Assembly (NCBI GenBank): GCA_024638165.1
Contig: JAHEKV010000004.1
Coordinates: 160,703 to 224,702, forward strand
From: Flavobacteriaceae bacterium
GTDB lineage: Bacteria; Bacteroidota; Bacteroidia; Flavobacteriales; Flavobacteriaceae
DNA: 64,000 bases
Reading direction: 5' to 3'
Shown: piece by piece, positions 51,222 to 61,332 of the stretch
How the letters are laid out: every line of letters begins with the position of its first letter
Numbering within the stretch: the stretch's first letter is position 1
Translations under genes and position numbers: made by a program
The notes under the pieces: generated by a model
Databases searched by the model: none
Seen by the model: the letters and a program-made list of their open reading frames with translations, nothing else
Told to the model about the DNA's origin: nothing

Positions 51222-51923
51222 ATGGCTGATGCTAAGAATATCTTACTTGTTGAAGATGACCCTAATTTCGGAATTGTTCTAAGAGACTACCTCAATCTCA
51301 ACGGTTTTCAGGTTACTCTTGCAAAGAATGGAATGGAAGGGTTTGACAGATACAAAAAGGGGGATTATGACCTTTGCATCTTAGATGTGATGATGCCATA
51401 CAAAGATGGGTATACGCTAGCGAAGGAAATTAGAGAAGATAACACGTCGGTTCCTATTATCTTTCTAACAGCAAAATCTATGAAAGAAGACGTTCTTCAA
51501 GGGTACAAGGTTGGTGCGGATGATTTCTTAAATAAGCCTTTCGATTCAGAAGTTTTACTAGCGAAGATTAAGACTTTATTAAAGCGAAAAAGTTCTGAGA
51601 CTACGGTAAGTCAAAAACAAACGGATTTTCAAATTGGAGATTTTCATTTAAACGCAAAGTTGAGATTCCTTACCTACAAGAAAGAGGATCCGATTAAACT
51701 TTCTCCAAAGGAAAATGATTTATTAAAGTTACTTGCTTTACATCTCAATGACCTAATGCCAAGAGAGTTAGCTCTTACCCAAATTTGGAGAGATGACAAT
51801 TATTTTACCTCACGCAGCATGGATGTGTACATTGCGAAGCTTAGAAAATATTTGAAGCAAGATCCTAAAGTCGAGATTCTGAATATTCATGGAGAAGGCT
51901 TTCGTTTAGTCGTTCACGCCTAA
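51222..51923 (+). CDS. OmpR-family response regulator
   Basis: Receiver domain (LLVEDD, phospho-Asp context ILDVMMP) plus a winged-helix C-terminus. Confidence 0.9.
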   Translation: MADAKNILLVEDDPNFGIVLRDYLNLNGFQVTLAKNGMEGFDRYKKGDYDLCILDVMMPYKDGYTLAKEIREDNTSVPIIFLTAKSMKEDVLQGYKVGADDFLNKPFDSEVLLAKIKTLLKRKSSETTVSQKQTDFQIGDFHLNAKLRFLTYKKEDPIKLSPKENDLLKLLALHLNDLMPRELALTQIWRDDNYFTSRSMDVYIAKLRKYLKQDPKVEILNIHGEGFRLVVHA

Positions 51924-52814
51924 TTGATCGAGCACTTTCTTTGCATTTAATTCGCCTGGATTAAACCAACGAAATTCTGGTTTCTTATTATACCAGGTAA
52001 GTTGACGTTTCGCAAAATTTCGACTGTGCTGTTTTATTTTATCAATTGCTTCATCCAGGTCACATTTGCCTTCGAAGTATTCAAATAACTCCCTATAACC
52101 AACGGTTTGAAGTGGTTTGAGATCTTTGAAAGGAATTAGGCCTTGGGCCTCTTCAAGTAACCCCAATTGAAACATCAGGTCGACACGACTATTGATTCTG
52201 TCATAAAGCAAATTACGCTCCCAATCGATTCCTATTTCAAAGATATTATTGAAAGACTTGGACCTTTTTTTGTTTTTAAAGGAACTGTAAGGTTTGCCTG
52301 TTTGAAGACATATAGAGAGGGCTCTCTCTAGCCTTCTACGGTTGTGATGATCAATATGTTCAGCACTGATTGGATCTAATTCTTTAATCTGATGGCTTAA
52401 CTCCTCTAATGACCGTTTAGATAATTGCTCTAAAATGCTTGCATCCACTTTCGGAAAATCATCTAGACCATACAATAAAGCATCACTGTATAACGGGCTA
52501 CCACCAACAATAATCGCAGATCCATACTTCTCTAAAAGTGATGAAACTTGATGTTCTGCTTTAGAAGCATAGCTCCCAGCGGTTAAAGGGTGGTGTATAC
52601 TATGAGAGTGAATAAAATGATGTGAAACCGTCGACTGTTCCTCTTCGGTAGGTACAGCCGTCCCTATATTCATTTCCTTGTAGCACTGTCGACTATCACT
52701 TGAAATAATTTCTGTTCCTAATAAGAGTGCTAGCTCGATAGCAAGGGAGGTCTTTCCAGATGCGGTTGGTCCGCCTATATGAATGATAAAATTATTCAAC
52801 ACAAACGATTTCAT
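51906..52814 (-). CDS. miaA: tRNA dimethylallyltransferase
   Basis: P-loop GPTASGKTSLA. 302 aa. Confidence 0.9.
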   Translation of the reverse strand: MKSFVLNNFIIHIGGPTASGKTSLAIELALLLGTEIISSDSRQCYKEMNIGTAVPTEEEQSTVSHHFIHSHSIHHPLTAGSYASKAEHQVSSLLEKYGSAIIVGGSPLYSDALLYGLDDFPKVDASILEQLSKRSLEELSHQIKELDPISAEHIDHHNRRRLERALSICLQTGKPYSSFKNKKRSKSFNNIFEIGIDWERNLLYDRINSRVDLMFQLGLLEEAQGLIPFKDLKPLQTVGYRELFEYFEGKCDLDEAIDKIKQHSRNFAKRQLTWYNKKPEFRWFNPGELNAKKVLDQLGVND

Positions 52815-53877
52815 AATTCTTTTTCGATCGATAGGTTGAGAGTATGAGCTCGTTCATTTTATTTGGGATTACAGGAGAAAGTCTTTTCTCGAGTACTTCT
52901 CTATTGGTCATTTGGTAGTTTAGATCGTAGAACCCCATTGCTTTAATTCTTTGATTTTCAATTAGAAAAATAGCATGTTCGCCTTCTGTTCTCCCTTTGT
53001 CAATTAATAGACTTAATTCACACGGAAATGGAATCGTAGAAGAAGCATTTATTTTTAGATTGAAACGCTTTTTAGGCTTTAAAGAAAACTGAACTTGTAA
53101 AACCTTTATCGCGTTGTATAATTCGCTATTGCAGAGTTCTGTCTCTATTCGTTTTACAGACTTGTAAATAGTATTTTGATGAATCGAAAGAGAGGATAAT
53201 AGATTGCTCACATGATTCTTGATGTTTTTTGCATGCCCACACTCCAACAGTTCAGATTTAGCATTGTAAAGTTTATAAACTCCAGTAGCTTCGGGTAATT
53301 TTCGAACAAGATGAATATGCGAAGGCTTGAGGTCTGATTCTTTCTCGCTATAAGTCAAGTAATCAAGTTCTTTTTCAGCACCTTCTTTAGTGATTAGAAC
53401 TTTTAGTAAAAGAGCGGTAGCCTCAGCATCACCTAAAGCTCTGTGTCGATCACTCAAAGGTATTCCAAGCTCTTTGGTCAATTTACCTAGCTTATAACTC
53501 TCTAAATCGGGAAGAAGTTTTTGAGATAATTCGACGGTGCATAGCGTCTTTCTTTCAAAGCTGTATCCTAAACGGTCGAACTCAAGCTGTAAGATTTTAT
53601 AGTCGAATTGGGTGTTGTGAGCAACTAATATGGCATCCTCGGTTAATTCAATGATACGCTTGGCGACTTGATAGAATTTTGGAGCTCCTTGAACCATTGA
53701 AGGCGAAATACCTGTGAGTTTACTCACAAAAGGTTGAATGGGTTTTTCGGGATCTATAAGGCTGTGAAATTGATCGGTTAGCTCGTTCCCTTCATACCGA
53801 AGAATCGCAATGTCTATAATGCCTTCTTCATTGAAGGCTCCTCCAGTGCTCTCTATGTCCACGACTGCATAGTTCAT
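52792..53877 (-). CDS. DnaQ-like 3'-5' exonuclease fused to a degenerate GIY-YIG (Cho/UvrC N-terminal-like) module
   Basis: Exo motifs VVDIESTG, AHNTQFDYKIL and HRALGDAEAT. Then GVYKLYNAKSELLECGHAKNIKNHV and NSELYNAIKVLQ...RFNLK. Confidence 0.75.
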   Translation of the reverse strand: MNYAVVDIESTGGAFNEEGIIDIAILRYEGNELTDQFHSLIDPEKPIQPFVSKLTGISPSMVQGAPKFYQVAKRIIELTEDAILVAHNTQFDYKILQLEFDRLGYSFERKTLCTVELSQKLLPDLESYKLGKLTKELGIPLSDRHRALGDAEATALLLKVLITKEGAEKELDYLTYSEKESDLKPSHIHLVRKLPEATGVYKLYNAKSELLECGHAKNIKNHVSNLLSSLSIHQNTIYKSVKRIETELCNSELYNAIKVLQVQFSLKPKKRFNLKINASSTIPFPCELSLLIDKGRTEGEHAIFLIENQRIKAMGFYDLNYQMTNREVLEKRLSPVIPNKMNELILSTYRSKKNYEIVCVE

Positions 53878-54521
53878 CGACTTCCAAATAAACTACTACC
53901 GATGCGAATCATCGTACTCCCTTGATCTATGGCAATTTGATAATCTCCACTCATACCCATAGAGAGAGTAGGGTGCTCGCCAAAATCAGATAAATACTCG
54001 TCGAATAAACCTTTTAATCCTTGAAATTCACGACGAACCTGATCCGTATCTGATGTAAAAGTAGCCATACCCATGAGCCCACAAGGTTTTACCCATTCAA
54101 GAACGTTACATTCGATTATAGCCTCCTTTAATTCGTCTGAATCAAAACCAAATTTGGTGTCTTCTTGACTAATATGAACTTGAAGTAATATCGGGATACA
54201 ACGGTTGATTTTAGCTCCTTGCTTATTAATTTCTTTCAATAATCGCAAGCTATCTACCCCGTGAATTAGGTGCACAAAAGGAGCAATATATTTGACCTTA
54301 TTTCGTTGTAAATGGCCGATCATGTGCCAACGTATATCACTAGGTAATGCTTCCTGTTTCTCTGTTAATTCCTGCACCTTATTTTCTCCAAAATCTCTTT
54401 GTCCAGTCTCGTAGGCCTCTTGAATTAAAGAGATAGGTTTCGTTTTAGAAACGGCAATTAGGGTAACATTATGGGGTAATTCTTTTTTGAAATTTTCTAT
54501 AGCAACAGATACATTCATCAC
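53874..54521 (-). CDS. yggS: YggS-family pyridoxal phosphate homeostasis protein
   Basis: LIAVSKTKP (PLP Lys) and DFGENKVQE. Confidence 0.9.
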   Translation of the reverse strand: MMNVSVAIENFKKELPHNVTLIAVSKTKPISLIQEAYETGQRDFGENKVQELTEKQEALPSDIRWHMIGHLQRNKVKYIAPFVHLIHGVDSLRLLKEINKQGAKINRCIPILLQVHISQEDTKFGFDSDELKEAIIECNVLEWVKPCGLMGMATFTSDTDQVRREFQGLKGLFDEYLSDFGEHPTLSMGMSGDYQIAIDQGSTMIRIGSSLFGSR

Positions 54522-55487
54522 CTAAAATTCAAGTTTGTCTATAATCGCTTGAGCTACTTCTAATGCCTTTGCACCATGTTCAAAGCTAACATTAGGCTCT
54601 TTTCTGCCTTCGATGGCTAAAGCAAAATCGTTATGTTCTTCGGCTATCGCATTAACTTCAGTCGTTTCTGGGCTTTCGAAATAAATCTGTTTTTTCTCTC
54701 CTTCTGCAGTTTGAAGAATCATATCGAATGGCTCAGGATTCACTGGAGCCTCTTTTATACGTACGACCTCGGTTTTTTTTGCAAGAAAATCAACTGTGAT
54801 GTAAGCATCCTTTTGAAAAAGACGTGTACGTCGCATATTTTTCAGTGATATTCTGCTGGCAGTTAGATTCGCTACACATCCGTTTTCAAACGCAATTCTA
54901 GCACTTGCAATGTCTGGCGAAGAGCTTACTACTGCGGCTCCATTAGCATCGATAGATGTAATCTTGCTTTTAACCATTTGAAGCAGAATGTCAATATCGT
55001 GAATCATTAGATCTAATATTACAGATACATCATTACCTCTTGGGTTAAATTCAGCGAGGCGGTGAATCTCTATGAACTTAGGCTCATTGATGTAGGAAGC
55101 AGCGGCCGAATAGGCGGGATTAAAACGCTCAACATGTCCAACTACTCCTATAAGATTCTTTTCTTTGGCATCCTCTACCAGTTGATAGGCTTGTTTTACA
55201 CTCGTCGTAATAGGTTTTTCTATAAGTAAATGAACCCCGTGGTTAATTGCCTTTTGAGCGACCTCAAAATGAAAAGGAGTAGGGGTTACAATACAAGCGG
55301 CGTCAATTTGACCCAGTAGTTCATCTATAGAAGAATAATAACGATAGCCATTATTGCTGGCTAAAACCTCTGATGTTTCGGTGTTGGTGTCAAAAAATCC
55401 AACCAGATCATACTTGGGGTTTTCGGCAAGAAGTTTAAGGTGGATTTTTCCAAGGTGACCAGCACCAATTACTCCGACTCTAATCAT
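54522..55487 (-). CDS. Gfo/Idh/MocA family oxidoreductase
   Basis: ATG 55487 gives MIRVGVIGAGHLG (Rossmann), 17 nt downstream of a -7 box. The ORF-track start at 55571 is an extension overlapping pcm. Confidence 0.85.
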   Translation of the reverse strand: MIRVGVIGAGHLGKIHLKLLAENPKYDLVGFFDTNTETSEVLASNNGYRYYSSIDELLGQIDAACIVTPTPFHFEVAQKAINHGVHLLIEKPITTSVKQAYQLVEDAKEKNLIGVVGHVERFNPAYSAAASYINEPKFIEIHRLAEFNPRGNDVSVILDLMIHDIDILLQMVKSKITSIDANGAAVVSSSPDIASARIAFENGCVANLTASRISLKNMRRTRLFQKDAYITVDFLAKKTEVVRIKEAPVNPEPFDMILQTAEGEKKQIYFESPETTEVNAIAEEHNDFALAIEGRKEPNVSFEHGAKALEVAQAIIDKLEF

Positions 55488-55504
55488 AGGTCTTAAAATT
55501 TGAT

Positions 55505-55512
55505 CAAAAATA
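55505..55512 (-). promoter_or_regulatory. -7 box TATTTTTG for the Gfo/Idh/MocA-yggS-exonuclease-miaA operon
   Basis: Plus strand reads CAAAAATA. 17 nt upstream of ATG 55487. Confidence 0.5.
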
Positions 55513-55552
55513 AACATAAAGACGTTGTATTTTCGCTCGAAAGCTTTGAAGT

Positions 55553-56209
55553 GTGCGATTAGATGCTCCAAAACATAAGGGACAACGTAGAGCGATGGTT
55601 TCTTACCTCAAAGACAGGGGTATATCCAATCAAGACGTCCTAAATGCGTTTGAAAATGTTCCTAGACACTTATTTTTAGATCCTACATTAGAATCCCATG
55701 CCTATGAGGATAAAGCCTTCCCAATTGGGGCTGAGCAAACGATATCTCACCCATATACTGTAGCCTTTCAAACTGAGTTGTTGCAAGTAGTCTCGGGAAT
55801 GAAGGTTTTGGAAATTGGCACTGGAAGTGGTTTTCAGACCGCAATTCTAATGGCTTTAGGAGCAGAAGTTTATACCATTGAGCGTCAACTAGAGCTTTAC
55901 CGAAAATGTGATCGTCACTTTTCGGTTTATCCTCCTGGACCGAAAAAACTCATTTATGGAGATGGTTATAAAGGTTACGTAAAGGCAGCCCCCTATGACC
56001 GAATTATCGTTACAGCAGGTGCTCCAGAAATACCCAAAGATTTATTGAAGCAATTAAAGGTCGGAGGTCTTCTTGTGATTCCTGTTGGTGAGCAGCAGCA
56101 GAAAATGATTGTACTGGAAAGAAAAGGAGTTAAAGAATTTCACCAGACCGTATACGGTGACTTTCAATTTGTACCGCTGTTAAAAGAAACCGCCGGAGTT
56201 AAGAAATAA
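55553..56209 (+). CDS. pcm: protein-L-isoaspartate O-methyltransferase
   Basis: GTG start. VPRHLFL and SAM site VLEIGTGSGFQTA. Confidence 0.9.
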   Translation: MRLDAPKHKGQRRAMVSYLKDRGISNQDVLNAFENVPRHLFLDPTLESHAYEDKAFPIGAEQTISHPYTVAFQTELLQVVSGMKVLEIGTGSGFQTAILMALGAEVYTIERQLELYRKCDRHFSVYPPGPKKLIYGDGYKGYVKAAPYDRIIVTAGAPEIPKDLLKQLKVGGLLVIPVGEQQQKMIVLERKGVKEFHQTVYGDFQFVPLLKETAGVKK

Positions 56210-56213
56210 TCGT

Positions 56214-56672
56214 TTATCTGATTTTTTTGATCCGATCAAGATTGCGCTTATTCTCTCGGTCTTTGATCGTTTCTCTTTTGTCGTAGTTCTTCTTTCCTCT
56301 AGCTAAAGCTACAGAGAGTTTCGCCCACCCTTTGTCGTTGATGTAGAGTTTTAAGGGGACTATGGTTAAGCCGTCTTTAGTTACCTCTTTAAATAGCTTC
56401 TTTAATTCCTTTTTTTGAAGCAATAACTTGCGCTCTGCCGTAGGTTGATGATTATAAAAACTACCATGAGAGTAAGGGTCAATATTCATATTAACGATGA
56501 ATAGCTCTCCTCGATCATTAAACTCACAAAAACTCTCGGTGATACGGGCCTTACTTTGACGAATCGATTTGATTTCGGTTCCCCCTAAGACTAATCCAGC
56601 TTCAAAAGTCTCCAACAGCTCATAATCGAAACGAGCGCGTTTATTTTTGATCGAAACCGTATTCTGACTCAT
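56214..56672 (-). CDS. smpB: SsrA-binding protein
   Basis: KNKRARFDYELLETFEAGLVLGGTEIKSIR. Confidence 0.95.
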   Translation of the reverse strand: MSQNTVSIKNKRARFDYELLETFEAGLVLGGTEIKSIRQSKARITESFCEFNDRGELFIVNMNIDPYSHGSFYNHQPTAERKLLLQKKELKKLFKEVTKDGLTIVPLKLYINDKGWAKLSVALARGKKNYDKRETIKDRENKRNLDRIKKIR

Positions 56673-56675
56673 AAC

Positions 56676-57269
56676 CTAGTTGCGTTGAACTGCCGTTTGA
56701 AAAAGGTGCTCAATATAAGTCGCTGTATTCTTGGCATATTTGTCGTCCTTAGTGATTAGGCTCTGTGTAATTCCCCCTTGAAGAAGCGAGAATAATTGTT
56801 TGGCGAAAACAGCAGGAGGAAGGCTAAGGTAGAACTCTCCGTTTTCTTGTCCTTTACTTAAAACGTTAGTGAAAAGGGCTTCAATTTGTAGAATCGCCTC
56901 ATTCACCAGTGATTGTATTTCAGGAATTCCGGTACTCTGTACTCCGAAACTAACAATTGGACAAGAGCCTATTTTTCTCGCGAAATCAGGATAGGTTTTA
57001 TAAAAACCTAGAAGTCGTCGAATCGTTGATTGGGCAGATTGCTCAGGTTCTATGAGAGATTCTAAAGAAGATAACAGAATTTGACTAGAATAATTAAATA
57101 CCTCTTTGGCCAAATCTTCTTTGTCCTTGAAGTTTCCATAAATTGCTCCTTTAGTGAGCCCTGTAGCCTTGGTAAGCATACTAAGACTAGTTGCTTCAAA
57201 GCCGTGCTTTAAAAAAAGCACGGCCGAAGTTTCTATAATAAAGGCTTTGGTCTTCTCTGCTTTGGTCAT
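56676..57269 (-). CDS. TetR/AcrR family transcriptional regulator
   Basis: N-terminal HTH FLKHGFEATSLSMLTKATGLTKGAIYGNFKDKEDL. Confidence 0.85.
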   Translation of the reverse strand: MTKAEKTKAFIIETSAVLFLKHGFEATSLSMLTKATGLTKGAIYGNFKDKEDLAKEVFNYSSQILLSSLESLIEPEQSAQSTIRRLLGFYKTYPDFARKIGSCPIVSFGVQSTGIPEIQSLVNEAILQIEALFTNVLSKGQENGEFYLSLPPAVFAKQLFSLLQGGITQSLITKDDKYAKNTATYIEHLFQTAVQRN

Positions 57270-57304
57270 CCTGAATCAAAAAAGGAAGCGTAATGTACAA
57301 AATA

Positions 57305-59860
57305 CTAATCGGTATTTATCTTTCTTAATACCACATTTTCGTCAAAAGCATCGATTAAAACCGCATCACCCGTTGTGATTTCTCCAGATAATAACTTTTT
57401 AGAAAGCTCATTCACTACTTTTCGTTGAATAACCCGTTTTATAGGTCGCGCTCCAAAATCAGGATCAAACCCAATTTTAGCGATCGCTTCAACGGCGGGG
57501 TCACTAATCTCTAAAGTGATTTCTTTGATCTCTATCTTTTCGACGACTCGATCTAACTGAATTCTTACAATGGACTCAATAGCTTCTGAGGATAGAGGTC
57601 TAAAAGTGATTATTTCATCAATTCGATTGATGAATTCTGGTCTCAGGTGTTTTTTGAGCGATGTGATGATCTCTTTTTCGATGGATTCCATTCTGGATGG
57701 TGATATTGCCTCTGCATCATGCCATAAGTGACTCCCTAGATTACTCGTCATAATAATCACCGTGTTTTTGAAGTCAACCACACGACCTTGACCGTCGGTT
57801 AATCTTCCATCATCTAGGACTTGAAGAAGGGTGTTAAATACCTCCGGATGTGCCTTTTCAATTTCATCTAATAGCACCACAGAATACGGTTTTCTGCGAA
57901 CCGCTTCGGTAAGTTGCCCACCCTCTTCATATCCGACATAACCTGGAGGTGCTCCAACTAATCGGCTGACACTGTGTTTTTCGCTGTATTCACTCATGTC
58001 GATGCGAGTCATCGCGCTCGGATCGTTAAATAAAAATTCGGTGACCGTTTTCGCCAGCTCTGTTTTACCAACCCCGGTTGTTCCGAGAAACAAGAAGCTT
58101 CCAATAGGCTTATTCTCGTCTTGTAAGCCAGAACGACTTCTTCTAATTGCATCTGAAACAGCTTCTATTGCATGGTCTTGCCCAATTAATTTTTTCTTTA
58201 ATTCCTCTTCTAGATGTAATAGTTTTTCTCTTTCAGAGGTGACGAGATTTTGAACCGGTATTCCGGTCCATTTGGCGACGACCTCTGCAATATCTTCTGA
58301 AGTGACTTCCTCTTTAATGAGTTGATTGTGATTATGAGTGCTTTGCGTTTCTAGTTCTTTTAAATTCTCTTCTTTTTCCTTGATTTTTCCGTAACGTATT
58401 TCGGCAACCTTGCCATAATCACCATTGCGCTCGGCTCGTTCAGCTTCGATCTTTAATTCTTCAATTTGATTTTTTGTTTTCTGTAATTCGTCAATGACTC
58501 TTCGTTCTGATTCCCAAATACTGAATAGATGGTTTCTTTTTTCCTTCAATTCTGCCAAATCGAGATGAATAGACTTCGATTTTTCATGATCACCTTCGCG
58601 TTTAATGGCCTCAAGCTCAATTTCAAGCTGCATGATTTTTCGATCGAGTATATCGAGCTCTTCTGGTTTTGAATTGATCTCCATTCGAAGTTTAGAGGCT
58701 GCTTCATCCATGAGGTCAATAGCCTTGTCTGGTAAAAATCGACTAGTGATATAACGTTCAGATAAAACCACCGAACTAATAACCGCTTCATCCTTGATTT
58801 TTACCTTATGATGGGCTTCATATTTTTCTTTCAATCCTCTTAGAATAGAAATGGCGCTTTCAGTGTCAGGTTCTTCGACAAGTACCTTTTGAAATCTTCG
58901 TTCAAGTGCCTTGTCTTTTTCAAAGTGTTTTTGAAATTCGTCTAGGGTAGTTGCTCCAATAGTTCTTAATTCTCCTCTAGAAAGAGCTGGTTTAAGTATG
59001 TTGGCTGCATCCATGGCGCCAGAGCCACCACCTGCGCCTACCAAAGTGTGAATTTCATCAATAAATAGAATAATTTGACCATCAGATTCTCCAACTTCTT
59101 TGACTACTGTTTTGAGTCGTTCCTCGAACTCACCTTTGTATTTAGCCCCTGCTAGCAGTAGTCCCATATCTAGACTGTAGATTTTTTTATCCTTTAAATT
59201 TTCAGGAACATCGCCGACTACAATACGCTGCGCTAAGCCTTCGATAATTGCTGTTTTACCTACTCCAGGTTCTCCCACGAGAACCGGGTTATTCTTACTT
59301 CTTCTTGATAAGATTTGCAATACCCTACGTATTTCATCGTCTCTCCCGATAACCGGATCAAGTTTTCCACTATCAGCGAATTCGTTTAAGCTCTTAGCAT
59401 ATCGAGATAAGTATGTGTTTTCTCTATTAGTAGAGTTAGAGGATTTTTGAATCTGGTTTAGTCGTTCTGCGGTTATGCCTGCAGCTTTCATAATAGAAGC
59501 TGCTGTGCCTCCTTTTGAAAGAAGTGCTAGAGCTAAGTGTTTGAGTGTTGCAATTTCTTGACCTTCCTTTCTTGCTCCTGCGAGAGCACTAGTTAAGACA
59601 GTGGCAGAAGAACTACTCATTACTAAATTGGATCCCTTGCTCTTCCCTAAATGGTTAAGACTTGCATCGATTGCTTTTTGAAATCGTTCTAATTGAGATT
59701 TTGAGCCTGTCCAGTACTCGAATTCGTTAGTGTTTTTATTACTGGCTGCCTTAAGTAAATGAACCGGTTCTACCGAAGTATGATCTAAGCTTTCGGCAAT
59801 GATTTGGGCCTCTCCGATGCTTTCTTGAACCTTTTGGCTAAATGAATTTATATCAATCAT
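57305..59860 (-). CDS. clpB: ATP-dependent chaperone ClpB
   Basis: 851 aa. Two AAA+ modules (GEPGVGKT and GTTGVGKT) separated by a long coiled-coil M domain. Confidence 0.95.
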   Translation of the reverse strand: MIDINSFSQKVQESIGEAQIIAESLDHTSVEPVHLLKAASNKNTNEFEYWTGSKSQLERFQKAIDASLNHLGKSKGSNLVMSSSSATVLTSALAGARKEGQEIATLKHLALALLSKGGTAASIMKAAGITAERLNQIQKSSNSTNRENTYLSRYAKSLNEFADSGKLDPVIGRDDEIRRVLQILSRRSKNNPVLVGEPGVGKTAIIEGLAQRIVVGDVPENLKDKKIYSLDMGLLLAGAKYKGEFEERLKTVVKEVGESDGQIILFIDEIHTLVGAGGGSGAMDAANILKPALSRGELRTIGATTLDEFQKHFEKDKALERRFQKVLVEEPDTESAISILRGLKEKYEAHHKVKIKDEAVISSVVLSERYITSRFLPDKAIDLMDEAASKLRMEINSKPEELDILDRKIMQLEIELEAIKREGDHEKSKSIHLDLAELKEKRNHLFSIWESERRVIDELQKTKNQIEELKIEAERAERNGDYGKVAEIRYGKIKEKEENLKELETQSTHNHNQLIKEEVTSEDIAEVVAKWTGIPVQNLVTSEREKLLHLEEELKKKLIGQDHAIEAVSDAIRRSRSGLQDENKPIGSFLFLGTTGVGKTELAKTVTEFLFNDPSAMTRIDMSEYSEKHSVSRLVGAPPGYVGYEEGGQLTEAVRRKPYSVVLLDEIEKAHPEVFNTLLQVLDDGRLTDGQGRVVDFKNTVIIMTSNLGSHLWHDAEAISPSRMESIEKEIITSLKKHLRPEFINRIDEIITFRPLSSEAIESIVRIQLDRVVEKIEIKEITLEISDPAVEAIAKIGFDPDFGARPIKRVIQRKVVNELSKKLLSGEITTGDAVLIDAFDENVVLRKINTD

Positions 59861-60034
59861 AATCGTTGTTTTTTAAACAGAGGGTCAAACAATGAGCCAA
59901 AAAGAAATACTTATTCAAAGATGTCATTATGTCTTGATTTAGAGTAAATTAGATGACAATACGTCAGTTAATAATCTGTGTGATTTCTGTTAAAAACTGT
60001 CGTCAACCGAAGAAGTTTAAAGGAATCACTGTCG

Positions 60035-60042
60035 TATTTTTG
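60035..60042 (+). promoter_or_regulatory. -7 box TATTTTTG for glyA
   Basis: 15 nt upstream of ATG 60058. Confidence 0.5.
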
Positions 60043-60057
60043 CTAAAAATATTTACT

Positions 60058-61332
60058 ATGCAGCGCGATCAACTCATTTTTGAATTAATACAAAAGGAGC
60101 AGTCAAGACAATTACGAGGTATTGAACTTATTGCTTCAGAAAATTTTACATCACCTGCGGTGATGGAAGCAGCAGGGTCTATTTTGACCAATAAGTATGC
60201 TGAAGGCTATCCTGGTAAGCGTTATTATGGAGGATGTGAAGTGGTTGATGAAATTGAAAATTTGGCCATTGAACGAGCTAAGGAGTTATTTGGTGCAGCT
60301 TATGTGAATGTTCAACCACATTCAGGTTCTCAAGCGAATGCATCCGTTTTTCATGCTTGCTTAACCCCTGGAGATAAGATTCTTGGTTTTGATTTATCTC
60401 ATGGAGGTCACCTTACCCATGGTTCTCCAGTGAATTTTTCAGGTCGTCTATACAAACCTTCCTTCTATGGTGTTGATCGTGAGACCGGATTACTTGATTA
60501 CGATGCTATTGAAGCGATAGCCGTGAAAGAGTCTCCTAAAATGATCATTGCAGGGGCGTCTGCTTATTCCCGAGATATCGATTTTGCTCGTTTTAGAGCG
60601 ATTGCTGATAAGGTTGGGGCACTGTTATTGGCAGATATTTCACATCCGTCTGGTCTTATTGCTAAAGGTATATTGAATGATCCGCTACCGCATTGCCATG
60701 TCGTGACTACAACGACTCATAAAACACTTCGTGGCCCACGTGGTGGAATGATCATGATGGGTGAAGATTTTGAAAACCCTTTCGGAATCAAGCTGAAAGA
60801 TGGTAGTTTAAGAAAAATGTCGGCACTACTTGATCTTGCTGTTTTTCCTGGTAATCAAGGAGGACCACTTGAACATATTATAGCAGCTAAGGCAGTAGCT
60901 TATGGAGAGGCGTTAACGGATAACTTCTTGCACTACATGGTGAATGTAAAGAAAAATGCAGCTGCTTTAGGAAGTGCAATGGTTGGAAACGGATATCAAA
61001 TTATTTCTGGAGGTACCGATAATCATATGATCCTTATTGATCTTAGAAATAAAGGGGTTACGGGTAAAGATGCTGAAAAGGCTCTAGAGAAGGCAGATAT
61101 TACTGCGAATAAAAATATGGTGCCTTTTGACGATAAGTCTCCGTTTGTAACTTCAGGAATCCGATTAGGAACGCCAGCAATTACCACTAGAGGATTAGGA
61201 GAAACCGAAATGGGGCAGGTTGCTACTCTCATTGATCGAGTTCTTAAGGATGTTACCAACGAAACTGAAATTGCTGCGGTTCGTAAGGAGGTAAACGAAT
61301 TAATGCAAAATAGACCGTTATTTAATTTCTAA
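60058..61332 (+). CDS. glyA: serine hydroxymethyltransferase
   Basis: ATG 60058 ([11 protein letters not shown]). PLP Lys context [14 protein letters not shown]. The ORF-track start at 59953 is a 35-codon extension running through the promoter. Confidence 0.95.
   Translation: MQRDQLIFELIQKEQSRQLRGIELIASENFTSPAVMEAAGSILTNKYAEGYPGKRYYGGCEVVDEIENLAIERAKELFGAAYVNVQPHSGSQANASVFHACLTPGDKILGFDLSHGGHLTHGSPVNFSGRLYKPSFYGVDRETGLLDYDAIEAIAVKESPKMIIAGASAYSRDIDFARFRAIADKVGALLLADISHPSGLIAKGILNDPLPHCHVVTTTTHKTLRGPRGGMIMMGEDFENPFGIKLKDGSLRKMSALLDLAVFPGNQGGPLEHIIAAKAVAYGEALTDNFLHYMVNVKKNAAALGSAMVGNGYQIISGGTDNHMILIDLRNKGVTGKDAEKALEKADITANKNMVPFDDKSPFVTSGIRLGTPAITTRGLGETEMGQVATLIDRVLKDVTNETEIAAVRKEVNELMQNRPLFNF

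Noticed and set aside
59953-60057. N-terminal extensions in the ORF track: glyA 59953, fabI 46130, mltG 31371, Gfo/Idh/MocA 55571, rlmH 16710, rdgB 14274, dapF 30120, bamD 41254, DUF4835 43621, GT2 47018 and pgl 2504.
   Set aside because: The extensions run through promoters, terminators or neighbouring genes. They lack similarity to the family N-termini. Each is followed by an ATG that yields the canonical N-terminus or signal peptide.
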